A stretch of 64,000 nt of DNA from the NCBI GenBank assembly GCA_002269645.1, contig NIVC01000606.1, forward strand, positions 372,001 through 436,000, read 5' to 3'. The translations under genes were made by a program, and so were the position numbers. Each line of letters opens with the position of its first letter. Position 1 is the stretch's first letter. Below, piece after piece: positions 1 to 12,600 of the stretch. The DNA is from Macrostomum lignano (Eukaryota). The notes beneath the pieces are model-generated. The model did no database searches. It saw only the letters and a list, made by a program, of their open reading frames with translations, and was not told the origin of the DNA.

Positions 1-200
1 GGGCCAGGTACCCGAGGAGCGGTGCCCCTTCTGCCGCCCAGGCTGTGAAAACGCTGAGCACTTTACCTGCCCACTGCCCCGGTTTTCACCAGGGGAAAAC
101 CAGCTTCTCTCCGACGATTGGAGGCCAGAGCATCCCGCTGCTCGCCCGGCAAACTCCGGGGCCCAGGACGAGCTGAGACTGCGCTGCAGACGAGATAGAC
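1..200 (+). mobile_element. Decayed 3' end of an R1/LOA-like non-LTR retrotransposon ORF2 (C-terminal CCHC region), truncated by window edge
   Basis: Reads EERCPFCRPGCENAEHFTC then frameshifts to HCPGF; matches [23 protein letters not shown] of the copy at 37579-38054. Confidence 0.6.
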
Positions 201-324
201 GGGTCCTCCTGAGCGACATCGTTCTTATGGAAGCTGCATTCAATCACCTACGAGTTATTTCAGGCATAGCGAGCACTGCTCATAAACTGGAAGCGTCATT
301 TTATAAAAGCATTGACTGCCTGTT

Positions 325-1310
325 TACATCTGAAGTTTTTCATCTGGAGGGTGCCATTTTACACCTGTAGAGTGCCATTTTACATCTGTAGAGTGCCATT
401 TTACATCTGGAGAGTGCCATTTTACACCTGTAGAATTCCATTTTACAACTGTAGAGTGCCATTTTACATCTGGAGGGTGCCACTTTACATCTGTAGAGTG
501 CCATTTTACATCTGGAGGGTGCCATTTTACATCTGGAGAGTGCCATTTTACACCTGTAGAGTGCCATTTTACACCTGTAGAGTGCCATTTTACATCTGGA
601 GAGTGCCATTTTACATCTGTAGAGTGCCATTTTACACCTGTAGAGTGCCATTTTACACCTGTAGAGTGCCATTTTACACCTGTAGAGTGCCATTTTACAC
701 CTGTAGAGTGCCATTTTACACCTGTAGAGTGCCACTTTACATCTGTAGAGTGCCATTTTACATCTGGAGAGTGCCATTTTACATCTAGAGGGTGCCACTT
801 TACATCTGTAGAGTGCCATTTTACACATGTAGAGTGCCATTTTACATCTTGAGGGTGCCACTTTACATCTGGAGAGTGCCATTTTACACCTGTAGAGTGC
901 CATTTTACATCTGGAGAGTGCCATTTTACATCTGGAGAGTGCCATTTTACATCTGTAGAGTGCCATTTTACATCTGGAGGGTGCCACTTTACACCTGTAG
1001 AGTGCCCTTTTACATCTGTAGAGTGCCATTTTACACCTGTAGAGTGCCATTTTACACCTGTAGAGTGCCATTTTACACCTGTAGAGTGCCACTTTACATC
1101 TGTAGAGTGCCATTTACATCTAGAGGGTGCCACTTTACATCTGTAGAGTGCCATTTTACACTGTAAATGTCATTTTACACCTGTAGAGTGCCATTTTCGT
1201 ACAGCTGGAGAGTGCCACTTTACACCTGTAGAGTGCCATTTTACACTGTAAATGTCATTTTACACCTGAAGAGTGTCATTTTCGTACAGCTGGAGAGTGC
1301 CACTTTACAC
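325..1310. repeat. 21-bp minisatellite (TAGAGTGCCATTTTACACCTG)n
   Basis: Directly visible tandem array; produces the repetitive ORFs at 312-1391. Confidence 0.95.
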
Positions 1311-1911
1311 CTGGATGAATACATCTTGAGCAGCATCTTCAATGTTACACTAAGCTCATATAATTTTACCTTCCCACAATGCATGCAATAAGTTTACCCC
1401 GAAGCATCGAGCTCAAACCCCCGCAGAGGCAGTAAAAATGTAAAATTTAACGAATGATTTTCAAAGCTTTTTTTCGACAACAATCGGAAGCGGACGGGAA
1501 CGAGACAGAAGTTGGAGTCTGGCGCTGTGTTTGCTCACCCCCCGCCCCAGTTTGGGGGTTCCTGCACTCCCCTATCTCCAAGGGGAACTCACCCGCTCCT
1601 TTATTTGTATTCAAGTCTCTACCTGTCCGCGCGTCTCCCGAAACCCCCTTATTTATTTTTCCCAATTCTCCGAGTTTCCCCTGCGGCTCGCTCATAAAAC
1701 TCGAAATGGATAAAAAACATCGAGCCCGCCGCCCTTCTTGTTGCTTCGATTCAGGGACTCCTTCCTGTAAACCTCTGGACTGGAAAGCCGACAGTACGTT
1801 TTAAGCGCAATCTCAACATAGGAGTTGCTGGCCGATTGGTAGAAAAAAAACTGAATTTATGCATTGAATACACATTTTAAAATACAATTTTCAGGGGGTA
1901 CACCTGATTTA

Positions 1912-3215
1912 CATCGCTTCCAGTCCAGGAGTGCCAGAAGTCCCTGCCCTGCTTGGCCTCCTGGGCCATCGCTGATTATAGCTTCCAGTCCAGGAATGTC
2001 AGAGGTCCCTGTTTGGCCTCCTGGGCCATCGCTGATTATAGCTTCCAGTCCAGGAATGTCAGAGGTCCCTGTTTGGCCTCCTGGGCCATCGCTGATTATA
2101 ACTTCCAGTCCAGGAGTGCCAGAAGTCCCTGCCCTGCTTGGCCTCCTGGGCCATCGCTGATTATAGCTTCCAGTCCAGGAATGCCAGAGGTCCCTGCTTG
2201 GCCTCCTGGGCCATCGCTGGTTATAACTTCCAGTCCAGGAGTGCCAGAAGTCCCTGCCCTGCTTGGCCTCCTGGGCCATCGCTGATTATAGCTTCCAGTC
2301 CAGGAGTGCCAGAAGTGCCTGCCCTGCTTGGCCTCCTGGGCCAGGGGTGCTTTCACAAGGTCGAAATTTCACAACGTCGAAAAGTAAATTATTTCACAAG
2401 GTCGAAACTTCACAAGGTCGAAATTTCACAACATCGAAAACTTTAGCAAGAGACTTCATAAGGTCGAAATTTCATAAGGTCGAAATTTCACAACATCGAA
2501 AACTCAAATAGCAGCCACTTTCACAAGGTCGAAACTTCACAAGGTCGAAATTTCACAACATCGAAAAATCTAGCAAGAGATTTCATAAGGTCGAAATTTC
2601 ACAAGGTCGAAATTTCATAACATCGAAAACTCAAGTGCAGCCACTTTCACAAGGTCGAAACTTCATAAGCTCGAAATTTCACAAAGTCGAAAATTTTATC
2701 TATCAAGAACCATACAGTAGTTTTCTACGTTGTGAAATTTCGACCTTATGAAATTTCGACCTTATGAAGTCTCTTGCTAAAGTTTTCGATGTTGTGAAAT
2801 TTCGACCTTGTGAAATTTCTACCTTATGAAAGTGGCTGCTTTTCGAGTTTTCGATGTTGTGAAATTTCGACCTTGTGAATTTTCGACCTTATGAAGTCCT
2901 TTGCTAAAGTTTTCGATGTTGTGAAATTTCGACCTTGTGAAGTTTCGACCTTGTGAAAGTGGCTGCTATTTGAGTTTTCGATGTTATGAAATTTCGACCT
3001 TGTGAAATTTCGACCTTGTGAAAGAAGGTGCTTTCGACGTTGTGAAATTTCGAGTTTGTGAAACCCCCCCAAGCCATCGCTGATTAATTTTGGCCCAGCC
3101 ATCGCTGATTATAGCTTCCAGTCCAGGAATGCCAGAGGTCCCTGCTTGGCCTCCTGGGCCATCGCTGGTTATAGCTTTCAGTCCAGGAGTGCCAGAGGTC
3201 CCTGTCTTGCCTGGG
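1912..3215. repeat. ~60-bp minisatellite (GGCCTCCTGGGCCATCGCTGATTATAGCTTCCAGTCCAGG...), interrupted at 2344-3070 by a foldback element
   Basis: Units at 1955, 2015, 2075 etc.; array resumes at about 3073-3215. Confidence 0.9.
2344..3070. mobile_element. Foldback-type non-autonomous element: two ~350-bp arms made of internal AAGGTCGAAATTTCACAACATCGAAAA subrepeats in inverted orientation
   Basis: Left arm reads ggtcgaaatttcacaa, right arm ttgtgaaatttcgacc; short central spacer ~2696-2725; termini GGGG...CCCC; no coding capacity. Confidence 0.75.
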
Positions 3216-3689
3216 AGACACAAGTGCCCCCTAAGGCAATTATTATTATCATGAAATTAAACAATTGCCAACTCTGCAAAACGAGCCAAAGAAGTTTTGT
3301 CGTTCGCTTAGTCCACAAAAAAGCAAGCTTTGAAAAAATAGACTGACAAATAAGCCGACAGATAAGCTAGAATGAATCTAAATCAGTTAGCAATATCAAT
3401 GTGTTTTGTTTTAGTTGGCAGTGAATTTGTGGGGACGGAGTTAGGCAGAGCAAATACGCCAGTGAGCTTAGAGTAGAAAACAATTCTTTTAATAAAAGAT
3501 TTTGCCGCCGTTCGGACAAATAATCTGAGAATTTTTAATTACACACCGAAGTTAAATACTCTTGGCAGGAAACACTGATTCGATAGATGATGAGAATTTG
3601 CTATTGTAAGGAGAAAATGCGCACGAGGTGGGAAAACCTATAGGATTTTTGTGCAAAGTCATCTCCTGGATCTCCCGGATTTAGGAGCT

Positions 3690-4125
3690 AGGAAGACCAC
3701 TAATACCCTTCGGATCTTCAGGATTTCCTTAATACCCCATCTGATTTTCAGAGATATCCCTAATACCCCATCTGATTTTCAGAGATATCCCTAATACCCC
3801 ATCTGATTTTCAGCGATTCCCCTAATACTCCATCTGATTTTCAGCGATTCCCCTAATACCCCTAGGATCTTCAAGGATTCCTCTAATACCCCATAGGATC
3901 TTTAGGGATTCCCCGAATACTTTATCGGATCTTTAAGTATTCCCTTAATACCCCATCGGATCTTCCCAGATTCCCCTAATACCCCATCGGATCTTCCCAG
4001 ATTCCCCTAATACCCCATCGGATCTTCAAGTATTCCCTAAATACCCCATCGGATCTTCAGGGATTCCCTTAATATCCCAGCGGATCTTTAGGGATTCCCC
4101 TAATACCTCATCGGATCCTCAGGAA
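3690..4125. repeat. ~30-bp minisatellite (GATTCCCCTAATACCCCATCGGATCTTCAG)n
   Basis: Visible degenerate tandem array. Confidence 0.9.
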
Positions 4126-4181
4126 TTCCGCTGCTACCTCTTAGTCAGTTGAGAACCCTGAGACCATCAGTCATTGAGTTA

Positions 4182-5981
4182 TCAAAACAGTTTCTCAAGC
4201 AGCAACAGCAACAGCAGCTGAGCCGCCAGAGCAGCAGCAGGAAGCGCAGTTATCATTCCGGCCGAGTTGCACAGGTCATTGGGGCAGATGCAGATGAACC
4301 CGTTGCCTCTTCGCTCCTGCCTGCAGGCCGAGTGCAGATAGATTGACATGTTCACTCGGAGGCTGCAGGTGCGAACAAGCTGCAGTTGGCTGTTCTTGTA
4401 GTAGGCCCACTTCAGACAGCCGCCGCGAACGCAGGACACCTGGCGCAGCGGGGGGGGGGGTTGATCAAATCAACTAGCGGGGTCTCTTTGGGGACGACGA
4501 GTTCCACTTGACAAATCGATCACGTGCTTTGGGAATATTTGCACCGATTTAGACACTTTGATTATTAATTTTGCGACTTTGTAACCATCCAATGACCCAC
4601 CCGTTTAGTCACCCAATAACCCACACATTTAATCACACCCGATGACCCACATATTTAGTCAACCAATGACCCATACATTTAGTCACCCGATGACCCACAC
4701 CTTTAGTCACCCGATGACCCACACCTTTAGTCACCCGATGACCCACACCTTTAGTCAACCAATGACCCATAAATTTAGTCACCTGATGACCCACACCTTT
4801 AGTCAACCAATGACCCACATATTTAGTCAACCAATGACCCACATATTTAGTCAACCAATGACCCACATATTTAGTCAACCAATGACCCACATATTTAGTC
4901 AACCAATGACCCATACATTTAGTCACCCGATGACCCACACCTTTAGTCAACCAATGACCCACATATTTAGTCAACCAATGACCCATACATTTAGTCACCC
5001 GATGACCCACATATTTAGTCAACCAATGACCCACATATTTAGTCAAGCAATGACCCATACATTTAGTCACCCGATGACCCACACCTTTAGTCAACCAATG
5101 ACCCACATTTAGTCAACCAATGACCCATACATTTAGTCACCCGATGACCCACACCTTTAGTCAACCAATGACCCACATTTAGTCAACCAATGACCCATAC
5201 ATTTAGTCACCCGATGACCCACACCTTTAGTCAACCAATGACCCACATTTAGTCAACCAATGACCCATACATTTAGTCACCCGATGACCCACACCTTTAG
5301 TCAACCAATGACCCACATTTAGTCAACCAATGACCCATAAATTTAGTCACCCGATGACCCACACCTTTAGTCAACCAATGACCCACATTTAGTCAACCAA
5401 TGACACATACATTTAGTCACCCGATGACCCACACCTTTAGTCAACCAATGACCCACATTTAGTCAACCAATGACCCATAAATTTAGTCACCCGATGACCC
5501 ACACCTTTAGTCAACCAATGACCCACATTTAGTCAACCAATGACCCATACATTTAGTCACCCGATGACCCACACCTTTAGTCAACCAATGACCCACATTT
5601 AGTCAACCAATGACCCATACATTTAGTCACCCGATGACCCACACCTTTAGTCAACCAATGACCCACATTTAGTCAAACAATGACCCATACATTTAGTCAC
5701 CCGATGACCCACACATTTAATCACCCAAGCAATTGTCAAGAGATTACAATCAAGTGGAATTTCGATTACCCATAGTCTATGGTCGAGCTCTCGCTCACCT
5801 GGTTGAGCACTTTGTCGATGTCCACTCCGGGCGTGCTACAGGTGCTGTTCCCAAGCTGACCCTCGCACTCGTAGCAGGTGATGTGATCGGAGAAGTCAGC
5901 CTCGTCCCCTGTTGCTAAGGGGATCAAACTGCCCAGCAATAGTAATAGAACTGGCAGTTGAACGCCCCAGGCTGCGTGCAT
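4182..5981 (-). CDS. Ly6/uPAR (three-finger) GPI-anchored protein, quiver/sleepless-like; exons 5799-5981 and 4182-4439 (146 aa)
   Basis: Signal peptide, ITCYEC start, 10 Cys, terminal CICPNDLCN motif, hydrophobic GPI signal; GT-AG phase-0 intron (AACCAG|GTGAG ... CGCCAG|GTG). Confidence 0.88.
4590..5720. repeat. 24-bp minisatellite (TTTAGTCAACCAATGACCCACATA)n with a 70-bp higher-order unit in its right half; fills the Ly6 intron
   Basis: Visible; acccacattt recurs at 5101, 5171, 5241. Confidence 0.95.
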
Positions 5982-6444
5982 GCTCTGTTTCCAGTTAGCA
6001 ACTAATTAGCTAAAAGCTGCACTACTGTTTAACCAGCCTCGCTATGCTTAACTCAGCTTCTATTCGTGCCCTCTCTTTATACGAGTGTGAGCAGCAGAAG
6101 GCGCACGCGCCACCTAAAGTTGCTTCTTAACGGCGCAACGCTGCGCACTGCATGTACATTGCACTGCACAGAGACAGTCAGACAGAGAGAATGGAGGCAT
6201 AGAATAACGAACAACAATGAGACTCTGGAGAGCAAGTTTAAGTGAGAAAGGAAAGAGAAAAAGACTGTAGAAACGGAGAGAATGGCCGGAGCACCCGAGA
6301 CAGACAGTATCGGAGCATCATCGCGTACCAACCTACACTGATTCGCGCGTTCGATGCCGGCCAGTCATTTTGATGCTTGCCGACTTTAATAGATCCCCTT
6401 GGAGCTTACTCTCATAAGGGCTACATGTGTGTGTGAGCTGTCTG

Positions 6445-6514
6445 GCAGACAGACAGTCAGACAGACAGCCAGACAGACAGACAGAAAGACAGACAGACAG
6501 ACAGCCAGACAGTC

Positions 6515-6559
<45 letters not shown>

Positions 6560-6572
6560 CACACACAGACAC

Positions 6573-6615
<43 letters not shown>

Positions 6616-6720
6616 CACAGACAGACAGACAGACAGACACACAGACAGACAGACACACAGACAGACACACAGACAGACACACAGACAGACACAAAGACAG
6701 ACAGACAGACAGACAGAACA
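6445..6720. repeat. (CAGA)n microsatellite
   Basis: Visible. Confidence 0.97.
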
Positions 6721-7374
6721 GTAAGAGACTAAAGGATTAGACTAAATCAGTACCAAAAATCAAAGACAAGCAAATTATGTGTGAATATATGTTAAATTAA
6801 ACAAAAGCGATCACAGACAAGTGGCTCTACCAGTAGTATAATATGAATGCATATGCACACAAATTTATAAATATAGGACAGGCAAATGTGTACGAATGAA
6901 TGTGAGGAACTTGTGCACTTTCGAAATACACCAACACTGCATGAGCAAATGACGCAGCAAGATGCGCAATCGTTTAATCAAATTTGCCTGTCGCAAAGCG
7001 CTATTCATGTAAAAAGCGCCGCAAGTAGTAAGAACAGCATTAGCTAGTAAGGAATTCTCTGCCCAGAAGCGCTGGAATGACCCATAATATTATAACATTG
7101 TTTTATAGGAAAAGCTGTGACACTTTTGCATATACTAAGAAAGCCTATCGAATAAGAATAGGATAAGCTACAAGTGAGAAAGCCGACACCAAGTTTGAGT
7201 ACACTGAGTGCAAAAAAAGCATGCATAAATACACGTATAACCCTTATGCTATAAGTCCACAAAGAACAATGTAAAAACAAAATCATATAAATTAACAAAT
7301 CCAGGGGATTTGGGAGAAAATTATAATATAGTTTATATTAACAACTCGCAGTTTATAAATAGGGTCAAGCTTTG

Positions 7375-7890
7375 AGGTGGGTCGCAATGTACATTTAGAA
7401 AAGCGGGAGAGTGAGGGGCTGAAAAGAGGAGTGGGGTGGCTGTCAGGGGTAAAAAGTTAAATTGCTAAAATGACACAGGAAGAACTATGGAGTGGGGTGG
7501 GTTGCAATGTACATCTATTGGAGAGGCAGGAGAGAGGGGCTGAAAAGAGGAGTGGGGTGGCTGTCAGGGGTAAAAAGTTAAATTGCTAAAATGACACAGG
7601 AAGAACTATGGAGTGGGGTGGGTTGCAATGTACATCTAGTTGAAAGGCAGGAGAGTGAGGGGCTGAAAAGAGGAGTGGGGTGGCTGTCAGGGGTAGAAAG
7701 TTAAATTGCTAAAATGACACAGGAAGAACTATGGAGTGGGGTGGGTTGCAATGTACATCTAGTTGAAAGGCAGGAGAGAGGGGCTGAAAAGAGGAGTGGG
7801 GTGGCTGTCAGGGGTAGAAAGTTAAATTGCTAAAATGACACAGGAAGAACTATGGAGTAAGGTGGGCTGCAATGTACATCTGCCGAGGCG
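7375..7890. repeat. ~120-bp tandem repeat, about 4 copies
   Basis: gcaatgtacatct...ggggctgaaaagaggagtgggg... recurs every ~120 bp. Confidence 0.9.
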
Positions 7891-8833
7891 TGGGGTGGCT
7901 GCTAGTCTAACCAAAAATTCCAGATGTTAAAAACACACAGCTAAAGGGCATCATGATTTGGCATTATTATCAATTTTGGCGATAGAATATTCTACGCAAA
8001 CTCTAAGAGGCAGCATTAGTAGCGAAAAAAACTTGGTTCTTTCAAACCTCAATAAAAAAGAAAAATGTAAGAGGCTTAAAATTTGGAATATTATGCATAA
8101 TGTAACAAGACTAATTGACACATAAACACAGACGATAATTGGCAAATAATACAAGCTACTATTGAAATTCTGCCACCAATATCGGTGCAATAAAGTGCAA
8201 GCAAAAACTGTTTTCAAGTCTATTAGTTTGTGCACAAGAAGCGAAAATAAAGTAATGCGATCTGTCTCAAGCAAAAAATCGGAACACAGGAATGTGTATT
8301 ATGCCTCTACAGCTCATATGCAAAAGCAGGAACAAAACAAAAGTTTAGATGAAACTATTCGACCAAAAGCTGCAGCTTAAACCCGAAAACAAAGACTAAA
8401 ACAAAAAACTACTTTTCCCAAGACTGCGTCTGATCGACTAGTGAAAACAGTTGAATTTGCAGCGAGAAAAGATTGACTTGTGCGTGCCACTTTTGCTACT
8501 TAAAGTAGACTACGCGACTTTCTCGTCTATCATGGCAACGGAGATTCGCGCAATTGGCCCGCGTAGTTCAGGGAGAGCTGAGGGCCGCTTTTGAGGACTG
8601 GAAATAAAAATTAAAAGCATTGTCTATAGCCGTTGGATACTGAAAGGTAAAATGGCTGAAATGACTAAAAACACCGAGTACCATTATTCAGTTTTAGATT
8701 CGAGTATCAAGTAGAGTATTCAGTACATGTCAATTAGAAATTCAATATATTCTGTAACTGCTCGATGCATTGTCAGGTATTTATAGGTGCCTATTATACG
8801 TTCAGCAGATGCTCAATAGATCTTCATTAGATC

Positions 8834-9054
8834 AGGTAAAGTGGCTCGCTTGATGAAGAGTAGATAAATAAAGGTAAATATCAACATGAAGTATTATTTG
8901 AGTTGCCGATGCATTTCGTCCATTTGCATTAGGACATCGTCATGCAGACAGACAGACAGACACATTAGGCCCTGACGATGTCCTAATGCAAATGGACGAA
9001 ATGCATCGGCAACTCAAATAATACTTCATGTTGATATTTACCTTTATTTATCTA
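8834..9054. mobile_element. Penelope-like element pLTR fragment with inverted duplication, flanked by a 14-bp direct repeat ATCTTCATTAGATC
   Basis: Perfect 82-bp inverted arms 8861-8942 / 8973-9054; direct repeat at 8820-8833 and 9055-9068; contains a minimal hammerhead core. Confidence 0.6.
8969..9010 (+). ncRNA. Minimal type I hammerhead ribozyme (Penelope-like)
   Basis: gcc-CUGACGA-u-GUCC(uaaugcaaau)GGAC-GAAA-ugca-UC-ggc: conserved core, 4-bp stem II, palindromic stem III (AUGCAU), 3-bp stem I. Confidence 0.7.
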
Positions 9055-9059
9055 ATCTT

Positions 9060-9575
9060 CATTAGATCTTCAATAGATGCCCAGTAGATGGTAAGTACGA
9101 GCTAGGTGCCCAATAGATCTTCATTAGATGTTCAATAGATGCCCAGTAGATGGTAAGTACGAGCTAGATGCCCAATAAATGTTCAGTAGATGCTTCAATA
9201 GATGCCCAGTAGATGGTAAGTACGAGCTAGATGCCCAATAAATGTTCAGTAGATGCTTCAATAGATGCTCAATAGATGCCTTAATAGATGTTCAGTAAAT
9301 GCCCCAATAGATGTTTAATAGATACCTAATAGATATTCAATAGATGCCCCAATAGATGTTCAGTAGATGCCCCAATAACTGTTTAATAGATACCCAATAG
9401 ATGTTCAGTAGATGCCCCAATAACTGTTTAATAGATACCCAATAGATGTTCAGTAGATGCCCCAATAACTGTTTAATAGATACCCAATAGATGTTTAATA
9501 GATACCCAATAGATGTTCAGTAGATGCCCCAATAACTGTTTAATAGATACCCAATAGATGTTCAGTAGATGCCAA
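9060..9575. repeat. Degenerate AATAGATG-based minisatellite
   Basis: Visible (aatagatgttcagtagatgccccaataactgttt units). Confidence 0.85.
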
Positions 9576-9611
9576 ATAGAGTCCCAATTCAGACCGTCTC
9601 TCCCGGCTCAC

Positions 9612-12600
9612 CCGTTCGCTCTGCAGCTGCAGCAGGACTCCGTCGGGGCGATTGCGCAGCCGGCAGCCGACCACGCCGCCGCCTGATGCCAGGCTGTCGG
9701 CGGCTGTAAAGAATAGTCACAAAAAGTGGCCATAGCACTCAGTCTGATTTTTAAAATTGGGATATTTCCCATCCTTTATTCTCCCAACCTAAAATTAGGA
9801 TAATTCACATTCTCATCATCCCCCAGTCTCACCTGCCCGCCGCACCACCCTGTCCCGGATGCAGCGGCAGACCCGGCGGCCCCGGCGGCACCGAAGGACC
9901 AGCGGCGCGGCCGCTTCCTCCTCGGTGAGCAGCGTCAGCCGCCGCTCCGCCGGATCGAAGGTGACGCTGGCCAGCGAGTCGAACCAGACTCGACGGAGGG
10001 CGGCGCCACTCCGGCAGCGCAGTGCCAGGCAGCTGTCAGCCACCTCCACGTAGCGGGCCTCGCACAACCGGCTTAAGAAGCTGCTGCCGTCGCCGCAGTC
10101 GCCGCCGCCGCCTACGGCGGCCTCCGCAGTCGGCGACGAAATCAGGCGAGCGTCGAAGGCTGGCCGACGGGGCAGGCGGCTCAGCGGGGCGCGCAGGCGA
10201 ACGGAGTTGCTGCCAGCCGCGGCTGCGGGCAGCTCGTCAAGCAGGCGGCCGAGTTTCCGGCTGTGGTGCAGCCCGACGTGACTGCGGGCCAGCAGGCGGC
10301 GAATTCGGCGGGGCAGCTCGGCGCGATCGACGGCCATGGCCAGCATGAAGGCGGCGGTGTTGTGCAGCGCCCGGCCCAGCAGCCGGTCCTCGTACAGCTC
10401 CTGCCTGCGGCGGCGCCTGCGGATTCAGAGGTTACAGCGAGAGATTCACGGCTAGCGAAGTTTAGAGAAAATTTATCAGTCACTCGTGCAGTCTTTCCGT
10501 TTGCAGGGTGTTTTGGTGCCTTGGGGGTTGGCCCTCATGGGTGTGAATCGTTCATTCATTGGGGGGGGATTGTCGTGCGATGTACACCTATGAAGGCCTG
10601 ATGCGAGTGCGTGCCTGTGTACAGTATTGGCGCTTGCACGTGCTCACGAGTCAGCTGAATCGGCAGAACTGCCGTCAGCGCTGCTTGCGGGGCAAAGCCG
10701 CCCAAGGCGTTGCGCCAGGGTTGCCCAGCGGCCCTCCTGAATTTCATTATTACTAAGAAGCCTGACCTGTCCTTCGATCCGCAGTCGAGACCGAGCACCT
10801 CCCGCTCGTTGGCCACCCAGTCGAGGAACAGGTCCTCCCAGAAGTCGGCGCTGTCCCACAGCGCTGAGCGGTCCTTATTGATCAGCCGCTCGTACAAGAA
10901 GCCGCCGCCGGCGCCGCGGCTGCCTCTGAGAGCCGACGCGGCCGACAAAGACGATGAAGCGTTAGAAGCTGAGGGACCGACACCGCCTCGTCCACCTCTG
11001 CCGACGCTGCGACTTGCGTTGCTGCCGCCGCCGCCGCCGCCGCCGCCACTTGCCATCTTGTGCGAGAGCATCTCCCTCATCTGGTCTGGGCTTCTGTGCT
11101 GCTGCTTCTTCTGCACCTCGATGTTCTCGTACTCTTCTCCGTTGAGCACCACAGATGAGCCGGAGACTGACGGGATTTGGGGTTCAATAAAAGTTGAAAC
11201 CGTTTAAACAATGGGCTATTGTTGCAGCGATAGTGCAGTGAGAGATTGTAGATACCATTGCGTCTTATTGACAGATTATACTTATTCACTTCAGAAATTA
11301 TAGCCACGATTGTAAACTCGACAGTTGGGTACTGTGTAACTGCCAAACTAAGGAACAAGTTAAAGTAAGGAATCACAATGTCTGTTTCTGGCAGTGGGAG
11401 CACCAGGTGAGGCAGTGGAATCGCCAGGTGAGGCATTGGGATCGCCAGGTGAGGCAGTGGAATCGCCAGGTGAGGCATTGGGATCGCCAGGTGAGGCATT
11501 GGGATCGCCAGGTGAGGCATTGGGATCGCCAGGTGAGGCATTGGGATCGCCAGGTGAGGCATTGGGATCGCCAGGTGAGGCATTGGGATCGCCAGGTGAG
11601 GCATTGGAATCGCCAGGTGAGGCATTGGAATCGCCAGGTGAGGCATTGGGATCGCCAGGTGAGAAAGTGGGATCGCCAGGTGAGGCAGGAGGATCGCCAG
11701 GTGAGGCAGGGGGATCGGCAGGTGAGGCATTGGGATCGCCAGGTGAGGCAGGGGGATCGCCAGGTGAGGCAGTGGGATCGCCAGGTGAGACATTGGGATC
11801 ACCTGTTGAGGCAGCGGGATTGCCAGGTGGGACAGTTTAGGAGCGCCACTAAGCAGAGAATTGCAATAAACAGCAAGGAAAATTTCCAGCCTTGTAAAAA
11901 TCAGCAGCTACAAAATTTTCAGACCAAAATGTTATTAAGAAACTTTTTGTGAAAGATTTCGATTAAATATAAAAGAGAAATTAGTACTGCAGTTGCCTCC
12001 AGCACAGTTTAGCAGCTAAGTAATAAAGTAAACTATACTTAATAGTAATAAAATTAAAGTGCAAATGTTGCGCCGTAACAAGACAGTAACGTTAAAAAAC
12101 TAAGAGTGCTACTCTAAGTAGAGTAAAGTGGAAGGAAAGTTAGGTGTAAAATGAATTAAAATAGCTCGAAACCCACTGGACTCGGCAATGGCCACTGAAA
12201 ATTGGTCAGGTTTTGTAGGAAATCCCGGACTTGTATTCAAATCAATAGGTTAGAGGTATTTAAGGGAGATTAGGACAATAATAAAATGACACAAATATTC
12301 ACAAATTTAATACTAAGACAATAACACTATCAGCTACTTATAGTAGATAGTCAATTTGCGCAGCAAAGAATCGCACTGGAATTTTTGTGTTTTTTTTGCC
12401 AGTAGTGGGCAATGGAACTAATTAGGCCATTAGCAAAAACAATCATCACAAAATTAGTAACAACAAACAAATATTAATATGAGACTGTCAAAGGGTGATT
12501 TGGTGCGGTCTAAGAATTTTGTGTCGAGTAGTTTAAATACTCGCTAATTATCATGATTACCTTTGAGTGCATGTATCTTTGGTTATTAAATCATAGCGCC

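Noticed and set aside
312-1391. Long repetitive ORFs (CRVPFYT / VKWHSTG)
   Set aside because: Translations of a 21-bp minisatellite open in several frames on both strands. The same applies to ORFs over the arrays at 4633, 11394, 23651, 25188, 28105, 38634 and 59186.
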